Below, one piece after another: positions 9,895 through 20,293 of a stretch of DNA of 64,000 bases (the first letter of the stretch is position 1; each line of letters opens with the position of its first letter). The notes under the pieces were generated by a model. It worked only from the letters and a program-made list of their open reading frames with translations, searched no databases and had not been told where the DNA came from. The DNA comes from Candidatus Hydrogenedentota bacterium (lineage in GTDB: Bacteria > Hydrogenedentota > Hydrogenedentia > Hydrogenedentales > SLHB01), in contig CAXXTH010000010.1 of the NCBI GenBank assembly GCA_963668025.2, positions 832,001 to 896,000 on the forward strand, read 5' to 3'. The position numbers and the translations under genes are program-made.

Positions 9895-11976
9895 ATGAAG
9901 ACGCATCACATCGTACTCGGCGGTTTGGCCTGCTTGTTAGTGGCGCTCGGATGGAGCTGCGTGGCCGTGGCGCAAGCTCCCGCGGCAGATGAACGCGTAC
10001 CGGAAGAGATTCGCGCTGCCGTGGAAGATGTCGTGGCGAAAGTAAAGCCCGCCCTTGTCCGTATCGAAGTGGTTTCGACTTATTATGAAGAAGGGCGCGA
10101 AAGCAAATTCCAGAGCGCAGGAAGCGGGGTAATCATCTCGAAGGACGGCTACATCGTCACAAATCACCATGTCGCCGGGCATGCCGTGCGCTTGTTATGC
10201 ACGCTGTCTAGTAAAGAGGAAATCGAGGCGGAGTTGATTGGCAAAGATCCCATGACGGATATCGCCGTCATTAAATTGAAGCCCAGCGAACCGCGTGAAT
10301 TTCCCACAGCGTCTTTTGGCGACTCATCGATAGTGAAGGTCGGCGATTCCGTGCTGGCCATGGGAAGCCCCATGTCGCTGTCGCAATCGGTTACGATGGG
10401 CATCGCGAGCAATATCGAGCTCGTCATGCCGGAATGGCTAGGGCAATCCGGCGAGGTGACTCAAGATGGTGAAAATGTAGGTTCGCTTGTACGGTGGATC
10501 GGCCATGACGCCCAAATATACGGCGGCAATTCGGGCGGCCCATTAGTCAATCTAAACGGGGAAATCATCGGCATCAACGAGATTAGCGTAGGCAGCCTGG
10601 GCGGCGCGATTCCGGGCAACCTGGCGAAAGATATTGCGGAGAAGCTTATTGCCCAGGGGCGGATCGTCCGGGCATGGCTTGGCACGAATGTGCAGCCCCG
10701 CCTGAAGAGCGACCCCAACACGCACGGCGTGCTGGTCAGCGGCGTGTTGGCGAATTCCCCCGCGGAATTGGGCGGGCTCAAATCGGGCGATATCTTGCTC
10801 CGATTGAATGGCGCCCCCGCTGATGTCCAATTTCTAGAACAGCTTCCGTCATTCAATCAAATGGCGGCCGACTTGCCTATCGGCCAGCCAGCCGAAGCCG
10901 TGGTGTTGCGGGATGGGCAGGAGCTAACGCTCACCATCACGCCTATTGAACGGGAATTGGCTGCCCCACAAGAATATGAACTCAAGAAATGGGGGATAAC
11001 CGCGCGCAACCTGTCCCTGTTGATTGCCCAGGAAATGAAGCGGGACAATCAAGAAGGCGTAATGGTGACTTCTGTGCGGCCCGGCGGCCCGGCAGGCGAT
11101 GCGAAGCCGCAAATCCAACCGAATGATATCATCCTAAAAGCCGGTGGCAAGCCCGTCAAAAACCTTGAAGAATTGGCCGCCGTAACCAAGGAACTCACCC
11201 AAGACAAAACGGATCCCGTTCCCACGCTGGTCAGTTTCGAGCGCAAAGCGGAACAATATGTGACCGTGGTGAAGGTCGGTGTGAGAGAGCTCGAAGATCC
11301 GGGCCTCGAAGTGAAAAAGGCCTGGCTGCCGGTCTTGACGCAAGTCTTGACGCGCGAGATCGCCCAAGAAATGGGTAACGCCGAATTGCGGGGTTTCCGC
11401 GTGACCAAGGTGTTCGAAGGCAGCACGGCGGAAAAGGCCGGCCTAAAGGTGGGTGATTGCATTTTCGCGGTGGATGCCGAACCTATGACGGCCAGCGCTC
11501 CGGAGGATTACGATGATCTGCCCGCCCTTATCCGCCAATACCGCATCGGCGATACGGTCGAGCTCGATATTCTGCGCGATGGCCTAGGGCAAAAAATATC
11601 CGTGGAGCTTATTGGTGCGCCTGAATTGCCGCGTGAAATGAAGCGTTACCGGGATGAGAATTTCGAGTTTACCGCGCGCGATATCACGTTCTTCGATAAA
11701 TCGGATGAAAAATGGAAAGAAGAACAGCAAGGCGTGCTTGCCGAAGAAGTGGTGAATGGCGGCTGGGCCGCCGTGGCGTTGATGAGCCCCGGCGATCTGA
11801 TTGTCGAAGTGGATGGCCAGCCCGTCCAGAATGTCGAAACGTTTGAAAAACAGATGAACGGCATCAGCTCCCAAAAGCCGAAGACCGTTGTGTTTAAGGT
11901 GCTCCGTGGAATTCATACCATGTTCCTCGAGATTGAGCCGAATTGGGATTCACTAAACACGAATGGAAAGGGATAA
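9895..11976 (+). CDS. HtrA/DegP-like serine protease with four PDZ domains
   Basis: Signal peptide; triad motifs TNHHV, DIAV, GNSGGP; four PDZ-like repeats; GAGGAG RBS. Confidence 0.9.
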   Translation: MKTHHIVLGGLACLLVALGWSCVAVAQAPAADERVPEEIRAAVEDVVAKVKPALVRIEVVSTYYEEGRESKFQSAGSGVIISKDGYIVTNHHVAGHAVRLLCTLSSKEEIEAELIGKDPMTDIAVIKLKPSEPREFPTASFGDSSIVKVGDSVLAMGSPMSLSQSVTMGIASNIELVMPEWLGQSGEVTQDGENVGSLVRWIGHDAQIYGGNSGGPLVNLNGEIIGINEISVGSLGGAIPGNLAKDIAEKLIAQGRIVRAWLGTNVQPRLKSDPNTHGVLVSGVLANSPAELGGLKSGDILLRLNGAPADVQFLEQLPSFNQMAADLPIGQPAEAVVLRDGQELTLTITPIERELAAPQEYELKKWGITARNLSLLIAQEMKRDNQEGVMVTSVRPGGPAGDAKPQIQPNDIILKAGGKPVKNLEELAAVTKELTQDKTDPVPTLVSFERKAEQYVTVVKVGVRELEDPGLEVKKAWLPVLTQVLTREIAQEMGNAELRGFRVTKVFEGSTAEKAGLKVGDCIFAVDAEPMTASAPEDYDDLPALIRQYRIGDTVELDILRDGLGQKISVELIGAPELPREMKRYRDENFEFTARDITFFDKSDEKWKEEQQGVLAEEVVNGGWAAVALMSPGDLIVEVDGQPVQNVETFEKQMNGISSQKPKTVVFKVLRGIHTMFLEIEPNWDSLNTNGKG

Positions 11977-11980
11977 TGGC

Positions 11981-12841
11981 ATGAAGCACAATTCGATCAT
12001 CACCATGAGCCTGGTTATAACCGCGATGATAGGATGCCAGGCGGCATTCGCCCAAGATACCCTGGCGGAACAAGGCCGGGCTGTTTTTACCGCTAATCAA
12101 CCTGCCGTAGTTACTATCGGTATGGTGATCAGCATCTCATTCGGGGGCGAGCAGCGTGAAAGTGACAACGAAGCCAACGCGACTATCATCGATCCCTCGG
12201 GTTTGGCGGTGCTGCCTTTGTCCGTAGTAGATCCCACGGCCATGTTTAACCGTATGGGCGGCTCGGACGAGCAGGTATCGAGCACGATCAAAACGATGAA
12301 GATGATTATGAGCGACGGAACGGAAATCCCCGTGAAAGTCGTCTTGCGCGACGCCCAGCTCGATCTCGCTTTCACGCGCCCCGAGGAGAAGGTGGAGACG
12401 CCCTTTCCCTATGTAAGCCTCGATAATCCTGGAAAGCCGGAAATCCTCGATCCCATCCTGGTAGTCGCCCAGCTCGGGCGCGTAACCCGCCGCGCCCATT
12501 CCGCGACGATCACCCGCATCGAAGCTATCGTGGATAAGCCCCGGACGTTTTATGTGCCATCCGAGGACCGGGCGGATACTATTATCTGCGCCCCCGCGTT
12601 CACGCTCGATAACCGTTTCATCGGGGTGGGCGTCACACGCACGATCAAGAGCAGTGAAACCCAGCGCATGCGCGATAGCTCGATGGTGATTATCGTGCCG
12701 GTGGCGGATATTAAGGAAGCGATGGCGCAAGTCCCTGCTTATGGGGAAGATGGCAAAGCTGTCGAAGCGCCTGCCGCCTCCGCTTCGGAAACGGAAGCTC
12801 CAGCTTCTGATGCGCAGGCTCCGCCCGCCACGGCGGAGTAA
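11981..12841 (+). CDS. Secreted trypsin-like domain protein, probably catalytically inactive
   Basis: Trypsin-fold pattern (ATIIDPSGL, DAQLDLAF, APAFTLDNRFIGV) with catalytic His and Ser positions replaced; signal peptide; Ala/Glu/Pro tail. Confidence 0.7.
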   Translation: MKHNSIITMSLVITAMIGCQAAFAQDTLAEQGRAVFTANQPAVVTIGMVISISFGGEQRESDNEANATIIDPSGLAVLPLSVVDPTAMFNRMGGSDEQVSSTIKTMKMIMSDGTEIPVKVVLRDAQLDLAFTRPEEKVETPFPYVSLDNPGKPEILDPILVVAQLGRVTRRAHSATITRIEAIVDKPRTFYVPSEDRADTIICAPAFTLDNRFIGVGVTRTIKSSETQRMRDSSMVIIVPVADIKEAMAQVPAYGEDGKAVEAPAASASETEAPASDAQAPPATAE

Positions 12842-12871
12842 TGGAAGGACATTGCTGCTTTTGAAGGCTGA

Positions 12872-13621
12872 ATGGATATGAAAGGCTCTTTAGCAGGCAG
12901 GAATGCGCTGGTGACCGGTGGCGCTAAACGCCTTGGGCGCGCCACGGCGCGCACCTTAGCCGCCCACGGCGCGTGCGTCATCGTCCATTACCGCGCCTCG
13001 GGCAAGGAAGCCGCTGATTTAGTGGAGGAGCTCAACGCCGGAGGCGCTCGAGCTTATGCCCTCGCCGCTGAACTGGATGACGCCGCCCAGGCGGAATCCA
13101 TGTTCCGCCGGGCGTGCGAACTCGCAGGCCCGATAGATATCTTGATCAACAATGCGTCCATTTTTCCGGAGTCCCAGCTTGCGGATGTCTCGTTTGACGC
13201 CTTGCGGGAGAACATCAGCGTGAACGCATACGCCCCGCTCGTGCTGGCGCGGCGTCTGGCCGCCCAAGGGAAGTGCGGGCATATTGTGAATTTTCTCGAT
13301 TGCCGCATCACGGACTATGATCGGCGGCACGTGGCGTATCACCTGAGCAAGCGCATGCTGTTCGAACTGACCCGCATGATGGCTATCGAATTCGCGCCTG
13401 CCGTGCAGGTAAACGCCGTCGCGCCAGGGCTCATCTTGCCGCCGGAGGGCCAGGATGAAAGCTACCTGGCGGCGCTGGCGGACACCAATCCGTTGCGGCG
13501 TTATGGCAACGAAAAAGATATTGCCGATGCGGTGCTCTTTTTGTTGAATAGCACGTTCATTACGGGCCAGGTCATATTTGTGGACGGCGGCCGCCACATG
13601 AAGGGTGGTTTGTATGAATGA
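12872..13621 (+). CDS. folM: Pteridine reductase (FolM/PTR1-like SDR)
   Basis: TGGAKRLG, VHY, NNAS and YHLSK motifs; clustered with fol genes. Confidence 0.8.
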   Translation: MDMKGSLAGRNALVTGGAKRLGRATARTLAAHGACVIVHYRASGKEAADLVEELNAGGARAYALAAELDDAAQAESMFRRACELAGPIDILINNASIFPESQLADVSFDALRENISVNAYAPLVLARRLAAQGKCGHIVNFLDCRITDYDRRHVAYHLSKRMLFELTRMMAIEFAPAVQVNAVAPGLILPPEGQDESYLAALADTNPLRRYGNEKDIADAVLFLLNSTFITGQVIFVDGGRHMKGGLYE

Positions 13622-13979
13622 CCAGCATCTAGACCGGATATTCATCCGGGATTTATCGTGCCGGTGCATTGTGGGCATTAACCCCGATGAACGCACGAAA
13701 AAGCAGGAGGTCATCATCAACATCGTCATGTACGCGGATTTGCGCCCCGCCTGCGCATCCGATGATATCGCGGACACCATCGATTATAAAAAAATCAAGC
13801 GGGCGGTGCTCGATATGGCTGAACAATCCTCCTATTCGCTCATTGAACGGCTCGCGGAGCATATTGCCGCCATTTGCCTGGAAGAAACCGCCGTGCGCCG
13901 TGTGTTGGTGTCGGTGGACAAGCCAGGCGCGTTGCGTTTCACGCGCAGCGTGGCGGTCGAGATTGTCCGGGAGCGCTGA
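13614..13979 (+). CDS. folB: Dihydroneopterin aldolase (FolB/FolX family)
   Basis: GINPDER, SDDIADTIDY, LIERLAE and KPGA motifs. Confidence 0.85.
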   Translation: MNDQHLDRIFIRDLSCRCIVGINPDERTKKQEVIINIVMYADLRPACASDDIADTIDYKKIKRAVLDMAEQSSYSLIERLAEHIAAICLEETAVRRVLVSVDKPGALRFTRSVAVEIVRER

Positions 13980-13981
13980 AG

Positions 13982-14512
13982 GTGTTAGAATTCGCTGGCG
14001 CATCCGCCTACATTGCCGTGGGCTCGAACATAGAACCTGAAATCAATATACCCCGCGCCCTTGAACGACTTGATGATTCGGCCCCCGTGAAGGCGGTATC
14101 GACATTTTACCGTACACCCGCCCTCGATAGGCCGAAAGACCCCGATTTCTTGAACGGCGTGTGCATAGTGTATTGGAACAATTCCCCGCGCGCGCTCAAA
14201 TTTAACGTCCTACGGGCTATCGAGCGCGGGTTGGGGCGGGTGCGTGGAGAAGACTCGTATGCCCCGCGCGCCATTGATTTGGATTTGCTGCTGTATGGCG
14301 CATGGGTGATGGAAGAACCGGGGTTAGCGCTGCCCGATCCGGATATAGCCGTGCGCCCATTCCTGGCTTACCCGCTGCTGGAGTTGAATCCAGCGCTTGT
14401 GCTGCCTGGAATCGGAGAGCCGCTTGCGGAGCTGGCGGTGGCCCTGGACCGAAGCATGATGACGCCGGATACGGCATTTACAGACCAGTTGAGAGTGAGG
14501 CTTATGCTATGA
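13982..14512 (+). CDS. folK: 2-amino-4-hydroxy-6-hydroxymethyldihydropteridine diphosphokinase
   Basis: [15 protein letters not shown] and [12 protein letters not shown] motifs; GTG start after GGGAG. Confidence 0.93.
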   Translation: MLEFAGASAYIAVGSNIEPEINIPRALERLDDSAPVKAVSTFYRTPALDRPKDPDFLNGVCIVYWNNSPRALKFNVLRAIERGLGRVRGEDSYAPRAIDLDLLLYGAWVMEEPGLALPDPDIAVRPFLAYPLLELNPALVLPGIGEPLAELAVALDRSMMTPDTAFTDQLRVRLML

Positions 14513-15066
14513 ACAAAGAACGTGTCGCCCAGTTAATCCGCGAATTGCTCATTGAAATCGGCGAAGATCCCGAGCGGGAGGGGCTTCGTAAAACCCCCGA
14601 GCGCGTAGCCCGCGCGTACGAATTCCTCACCTCCGGATACCGGGGCGACATCAAAAAAGTCATTAATGATGCTGTGTTCATGTCACACGCCAACAATATG
14701 ATTATTTGCCGCGATATCGAGGTTTATAGCTTGTGTGAACATCATATGCTGCCATTTTTCGGCAAATGCCATATCGGTTATATCGCCCACGATAAGGTCG
14801 TTGGATTGAGCAAACTCGCCCGCATTGTGGATTTCTACGCCCGCCGGCTGCAAATCCAAGAACGCCTAACCCAGCAAATCGCTAGGCAAGTGATGGACAC
14901 CACTCAGGCCGAGGGCGTCGGAGTCGTCATAGAATGCCGCCACCTCTGCATGATGATGCGGGGTGTGGAAAAGCAGAACTCCGTCATGACCACGTCATCG
15001 GTGCTTGGCAGCTTCCATGATGACCTGCCCACCCGGAGCGAATTCCTCAACCTCATCGCGAAATAG
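14509..15066 (+). CDS. folE: GTP cyclohydrolase I
   Basis: [44 protein letters not shown]. Confidence 0.98.
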   Translation: MNKERVAQLIRELLIEIGEDPEREGLRKTPERVARAYEFLTSGYRGDIKKVINDAVFMSHANNMIICRDIEVYSLCEHHMLPFFGKCHIGYIAHDKVVGLSKLARIVDFYARRLQIQERLTQQIARQVMDTTQAEGVGVVIECRHLCMMMRGVEKQNSVMTTSSVLGSFHDDLPTRSEFLNLIAK

Positions 15067-15206
15067 TGCGGATGCCTGAGACCGTGGCTTTGTTTGCTCT
15101 TCCATACGCGAAAACCGCGCAAAGCCTGTTTCCCCAAATCAAGGCTCGATTTCTGCCGCCGGATATGGTGAAATACCTCCTTTGCAATCGATGCTAAGGA
15201 GCGCCC

Positions 15207-17771
15207 ATGTCGGAAGAGATAGGACAGGAGGCAGTGGCCCGCCTGTCGGCCAAGGCCATAGAACAGATGCGCGCCGCGATCCAGGAAGCGGGTGGGCGCG
15301 AGGTCTTTTTCGCGGGGCCCTTGGACGGGCATGGCCGGGTGGCGCGCGTGCGGGTGTGGGCGCGGGGCCATGAAGGCGCCGTGCCTGCGGTTTTCGAAGG
15401 CCTGTGCACCCATGAAGTGGTGCTCCACAACCATCCATCGGGCGAGATCGCACCCTCCGACGCAGATCTTCAACTCGCCAGCCTCTTTAGCTTTCAAGGC
15501 CATGGCGTCTATATCGTGGACAATGAGGTGAACTGGGTCTATGCGGTGGTCGAGCCTCTGCTTGACCGGGATAAAAAGACGCTTGATCCCGCTGAACTGG
15601 CCGCCCTCCTCGGACCGGATAGCGCGGTGGCGCGCGTATTGCCCCAGTTTGAAGTGCGCCCGCAACAAGCCGACATGATGGGCGCGGTGGCGCGCGCTTT
15701 CAACGCCGAAGGCATAGCGGTGATCGAAGCGCCGACCGGCGTTGGCAAGACACTGGCGTATCTGGCGCCTGCTATCGTATGGGCGGTGCGCAACGGCGAG
15801 CGCGTGGTGGTGTCCACACGGACCATCAACCTGCAAGAACAGATCATGTTCAAGGATATCCCGCTCTTGCAAGGCTGCCTCGGAATCAAATTTCATGCCG
15901 TTCTCGTGAAAGGGCGCAATAACTATCTATGCTGGCGGCGCTTTACGCGGGCCTTGTCGGAGGCCAGCCTGTTCGAGGATAACGCCGATCAGGCCGCCTT
16001 GAAGCGCCTGGATGAATGGGCGCAAAAAACGCAGGAAGGCAGCCGCTCCGATCTGCCGTTCATCCCTCCGCGCGAACTTTGGTCGCAGATCTGTTCGGAA
16101 TCCGACACTTGCCGCCCCATGAACTGTTCTTATGCTAAAAAATGTTTCATCGGAAAAGCGCGCCGGGAGATCGCCAAAGCGGACATCCTGGTGGTGAACC
16201 ACCACATGCTGTTCTCCGATCTGGCCGTCAAGCGGGAACTGGGCAACTTCAACGCCCTGGCCGTTTTACCGGCCTACCGCCGTTTGATTTTCGACGAAGC
16301 CCATAGCATTGAAGATTCCGCCACCGAGTATTTCGGCATGGAAGCCACGCGCATGGGGGCGCTGGCGCTTATTGGCCGGTTTATCCGCATGGAACGCGCC
16401 CATGAACGCGGCCTGCTGCCTTTTTTAAAGCTCAAGCTCATGAAAGAGACGTTGAATTCTCCTTATAAAGAAATCGACGACATCTTTCTGCTGATCGAAA
16501 ACGAACTCATGCCCCACTTGGCCTCCGCCCGGGAAGGCCTCCAGGCCGCCTTTGATGCGATTCGCTCGATTACGGCGGAGCGTTGCGGCCAAATCGGGCG
16601 GGAGATCAAATGGCGGCTTACTCCCGAGGCTTTGAAAGACCCCGCTCTTCGTGATGTGCATCAAGTCTATGTACTGCCCGTGGTTCAAGAGCTGCGGGAA
16701 TGCGCCAAATGGTGCGCGCAGCTTCACGAGCGCGTGCGGAAGCTGGAGTCTCCGCCTGACTATGCGGGAGAGCCGCCATTCCTGACCGAGCTCATGCAAT
16801 TGAGCGCGTATCAAAACCGTCTCGAACGCTTGGCTTCAAATCTGGCGGAAGGCATAAGCGAGAGCCTGGAACCCAATACCGTGCGCTGGATCGAGATAGA
16901 CGCCCATGACCGCCGCACCGTGCGCGTCGTCCGCTGCCCCCTCGAGGTGGGCGGCGATCTCGCTGGCTGGGTGTATGGCAATCTCAAAACGATTGTCATG
17001 ACTTCCGCTACGCTCGCGGTGCGCCAACGGTTTGACTTCCTGTTTCATCGGATCGGCCTGGACAGCATGGCGGGGCGCTCCACCGAAACGTTAGCCCTTC
17101 CTACGCCCTTTGATTACCAGGAACAGGCCCTTCTGTGCATTCCAACCGAACTGTCTGATCCCGGTTCGTCCACCTTCCTCGATGATAGTGAGGAGTATAT
17201 CCGTGAGGCCCTGGCCATTACCCGTGGCCATGCGTTTGTGCTCTTCACCTCATTCCACGCTCTAGAGCATGCATACCAGCAACTGGAGGGCGAGATACGC
17301 CGATGGGGCGTCACACTCCTGAAGCAAGGCGAAGCGGCCCGCACCCAGCTTTTAGAGCGTTTCCGGCGCGATACCTCAAGCGTGCTATTCGCCACTGATA
17401 GCTTCTGGGAAGGGGTGGACGTTGCCGGTGAAGCGCTGCAATGTGTTATACTGCCCCGGCTTCCATTCCGAGTGCCCACCGAGCCCATACTCGAAGCGCG
17501 CGCAGAGGCCATTGACGCCGCGGGAGGCAATTCATTCATGGAATATGTTGTGCCCCAGGCGGTTATCAAATTCCGCCAAGGATTTGGCCGCTTGATTCGC
17601 CGCCGCAGTGATCGGGGCTCCATCCTGGTACTGGATCGCCGGGTCGTGACAAAGCACTATGGGCGAATCTTTCTCGAATCGCTCCCTGGCCTGCGCATCA
17701 TTAAAGGGCCGCGTGATGGCGTGATGGAGGCCCTTCGCCAATTCCACGGCGGTGCGAACGAAGAGGCATAA
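15207..17771 (+). CDS. dinG: DinG/Rad3-family Fe-S helicase with N-terminal JAB/RadC-like domain
   Basis: EAPTGVGKT, KGRNNYLC, DEAH, TSATL and QGFGRLIR motifs plus Fe-S cysteines; N-terminal HNHPSGEIAPSDAD JAB motif. Confidence 0.9.
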   Translation: MSEEIGQEAVARLSAKAIEQMRAAIQEAGGREVFFAGPLDGHGRVARVRVWARGHEGAVPAVFEGLCTHEVVLHNHPSGEIAPSDADLQLASLFSFQGHGVYIVDNEVNWVYAVVEPLLDRDKKTLDPAELAALLGPDSAVARVLPQFEVRPQQADMMGAVARAFNAEGIAVIEAPTGVGKTLAYLAPAIVWAVRNGERVVVSTRTINLQEQIMFKDIPLLQGCLGIKFHAVLVKGRNNYLCWRRFTRALSEASLFEDNADQAALKRLDEWAQKTQEGSRSDLPFIPPRELWSQICSESDTCRPMNCSYAKKCFIGKARREIAKADILVVNHHMLFSDLAVKRELGNFNALAVLPAYRRLIFDEAHSIEDSATEYFGMEATRMGALALIGRFIRMERAHERGLLPFLKLKLMKETLNSPYKEIDDIFLLIENELMPHLASAREGLQAAFDAIRSITAERCGQIGREIKWRLTPEALKDPALRDVHQVYVLPVVQELRECAKWCAQLHERVRKLESPPDYAGEPPFLTELMQLSAYQNRLERLASNLAEGISESLEPNTVRWIEIDAHDRRTVRVVRCPLEVGGDLAGWVYGNLKTIVMTSATLAVRQRFDFLFHRIGLDSMAGRSTETLALPTPFDYQEQALLCIPTELSDPGSSTFLDDSEEYIREALAITRGHAFVLFTSFHALEHAYQQLEGEIRRWGVTLLKQGEAARTQLLERFRRDTSSVLFATDSFWEGVDVAGEALQCVILPRLPFRVPTEPILEARAEAIDAAGGNSFMEYVVPQAVIKFRQGFGRLIRRRSDRGSILVLDRRVVTKHYGRIFLESLPGLRIIKGPRDGVMEALRQFHGGANEEA

Positions 17772-17823
17772 CGTGTAACGGGCGTGGAGCAGCGGACTAG
17801 CGCCTGAAGTTTGGATATATGGC

Positions 17824-19413
17824 ATGACAGTACAGGAAATCCACTTCCGCGATTACGGCCATGGCGGCGATCATATTGGCAGCCGCCGTACGCGCCGTGC
17901 GTTCCGGTATTGCGCCACCGCATGCGTGGCTTTCACTGCTATTCTGTGTTTCTCCGAACAATTCCTGCGCCATGAGCAAACCGAGCGCTTGTATATCATT
18001 GCCCTCCTGCAAGAAAATCCTTCCGCCGCCCGCGCTTTTCTGCGGCAAGCGGTAAAGATCGACGCCAAACAGCGGGAAGTGGCCACGCCCAAATATCTCG
18101 ATGCCCTCGCGGGCCGCGAAGAAGATGATTTGGTTCTATCCACTTACCAAAGCGCGTATACGCTGGATCCCGAGAATGCGTCTTTAGCCATACGCTTTGG
18201 CTGCCGCTTAGCCCAAGATGGCTGGTTCAACCAAGCCATTGAGCTATTCCAGAAGGCGGCGGAAAATGACCCCGAGAATGCCTTGCCCGTCTATCTCGAG
18301 GCCTCTGTCCAGCCTTGGGCGGAAGAAAACAACAAAGACTTGCGCCGGTCGCTGGCCCTTATCGCCAAAGCCAACAGCAGCGAGCTCGATGTGCGTTTTC
18401 CCAGGCCTATGTGGTCTTCGGACCTGCCCCCCAGAGGATATTGGTATGCCCAATCGAGAAGGCAACTTGTGTTGGATTTATGTACTCCTCTCATGCAATA
18501 TGCCAATTACGTTTGCGGTGAAGCGGAACAAGCTATTTCCCAGGGCCGGGTTCAATACTGGGATTCCTGGCTGGAAAGAATAGAGCTGATGGGGCGGCGT
18601 GTCGCCGAAGGGGCTATCGTCCACGATCCCGCCAAGCCGCCTTTGGCTGGCGGCGCCGAGCAAGCCCTCGCGGGGATACGGATTCAAATTAAGGCCCTGT
18701 CTTTACGGGAACGCATCCTTGAAGGGGGGACAAGCGATGCCAGCGCCGCCACGCGGCTGAAGCAATTGGAAGAAGCCGCCAGACGGCTTTCCTTGTTTTC
18801 GGATGAACTCCCCGCCCGGATTGCCCGGGAAAAACGAACTTGCCGGCTGCCCGTACGGCTGTCGCTGCAAACACTCGCCCTTGTTTTCCTGATATATATA
18901 CTCGCTTGCATTCTGTCCAGACTCGCCTGCACCGGCAAACAGGCATGGACCATGCCTCACACTTCCGCTACCCGCTCCATACTGGCGTTCGGTGTTGCGG
19001 GCGTGTTTTTTCTGTTGATGCTCACCTGGGTGTTTCATGTTCCATTAAGCCAGGAAACTTGGCGAGGCGCATTGATTGGCGCATGGCGGCTTCTCGTCAC
19101 GGTCATTCTGGCGTATGGCGTCATCTTTCCTGTTTTCATGCTGCCATTGCCCAAAAATGTGGCCGGGGCGCTCGAAGACGCCAGTGTGGAGGTATTGAGC
19201 CAAGCCCGCAAACAGTATCGATGCGCCTTCACAGTCTTCTGGCGCCGTTATTTTGGCATTGTATTGGGCAGTTTGGCCATGGCAATTTGCGCCTGGATCA
19301 TATGCCATCGCGTGCTTGCTTCTCTCTATCCCTGGCAGATACAACTGCTGGCGTCAGGATTCGCCAAAGACGAAACGCGGCTCGTGATTGATGTGTTAAG
19401 CAGCCTGCGCTGA
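17824..19413 (+). CDS. TPR-containing multi-pass membrane protein
   Basis: TPR-like helices (AYTLDPENA, AAENDPENA), one N-terminal and about four C-terminal hydrophobic segments. Confidence 0.6.
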   Translation: MTVQEIHFRDYGHGGDHIGSRRTRRAFRYCATACVAFTAILCFSEQFLRHEQTERLYIIALLQENPSAARAFLRQAVKIDAKQREVATPKYLDALAGREEDDLVLSTYQSAYTLDPENASLAIRFGCRLAQDGWFNQAIELFQKAAENDPENALPVYLEASVQPWAEENNKDLRRSLALIAKANSSELDVRFPRPMWSSDLPPRGYWYAQSRRQLVLDLCTPLMQYANYVCGEAEQAISQGRVQYWDSWLERIELMGRRVAEGAIVHDPAKPPLAGGAEQALAGIRIQIKALSLRERILEGGTSDASAATRLKQLEEAARRLSLFSDELPARIAREKRTCRLPVRLSLQTLALVFLIYILACILSRLACTGKQAWTMPHTSATRSILAFGVAGVFFLLMLTWVFHVPLSQETWRGALIGAWRLLVTVILAYGVIFPVFMLPLPKNVAGALEDASVEVLSQARKQYRCAFTVFWRRYFGIVLGSLAMAICAWIICHRVLASLYPWQIQLLASGFAKDETRLVIDVLSSLR

Positions 19414-19508
19414 GCGGGAAGATCATTCCAGCGCAGGCATGTGACGCAACAAAACTGAGATTCGTCCGCAAGAACGGATGATAAAAAGCGGAAAAGCGCT
19501 CATGGCAT

Positions 19509-19538
19509 TTGACAATCGCTTGTCCAATGCGCTATAAT
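19509..19538 (+). promoter_or_regulatory. sigma70 promoter of two-component operon
   Basis: TTGACA-18 bp-TATAAT. Confidence 0.7.
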
Positions 19539-19611
19539 ATCGGGAAAATCTGTGCATACTACGAATTCGGGCTCGCCCTAACATAACCAAGCTCAGCAGG
19601 AGGATCCGGCG

Positions 19612-20196
19612 GTGAGCGATTCAGAACAAAAAGCGTACACTACTTTCGAGGCAGCACGTATCTGCCATGTGACCCATCATAGTATCAAGAATTGGATCAA
19701 GCAGGGCTTGATCAAGGCTTCAAGGACTCCCGGCGGTCATTACCGTATCCTTGAAGAGGATCTGGATGCGTTTCGCGAAAAATATGACATGTTTCCCCGC
19801 GATAAGGGTTCCACGAAACGCCGTGTCATGGTGGTCGATGACGATCCTGAGATTCTTGCCTTGATCGAGAAATTATTGACGGATGAAGGATTTGAGCTCA
19901 TCAAAGTGAGCAATGCCACGGAAGTGGGGCTCAAAGCCGCGCAACTGGCTCCGGATTTAATTCTCCTTGATTTCCTGATGCCCGAGATCAATGGCTTCGA
20001 GATATGCAAAGCCTTGCGGGACAATGATCTGACGCGCGCCACTCCGATTATGGCCGTGACCTGTTTGACCAAAGAGCAAGACATCGAACAGATCTTTTCT
20101 TGCGGCGCGGATGAGTATCTGGCCAAGCCGTTCCGGGCGGATCAACTCTTGGATAAAGTGCGAGAGCTGATTGGCCGTGGCCGGATCGTCGGGTAG
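19612..20196 (+). CDS. Response regulator with N-terminal excisionase/MerR-like HTH
   Basis: YTTFEAARICHV...RTPGGHYRI HTH; receiver motifs VVDDD, LLDFLMP, LAKPF; AGGAGG RBS. Confidence 0.9.
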   Translation: MSDSEQKAYTTFEAARICHVTHHSIKNWIKQGLIKASRTPGGHYRILEEDLDAFREKYDMFPRDKGSTKRRVMVVDDDPEILALIEKLLTDEGFELIKVSNATEVGLKAAQLAPDLILLDFLMPEINGFEICKALRDNDLTRATPIMAVTCLTKEQDIEQIFSCGADEYLAKPFRADQLLDKVRELIGRGRIVG

Positions 20197-20293
20197 CCGC
20201 ATTCTAGACGCCGCGGATTGCGTAGCATGCGCAATGTGGACTATAGGTTGTTGTTCGAATCAGACATAAGCTGGTTTCATTTCTTGGGCTGTG

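Noticed and set aside
14509-17771. folE plus DinG as a 7-deazaguanine (Dpd) or type IV CRISPR defence system
   Set aside because: No queC/D/E, dpdA or csf genes; folE sits in an ordinary pterin operon.
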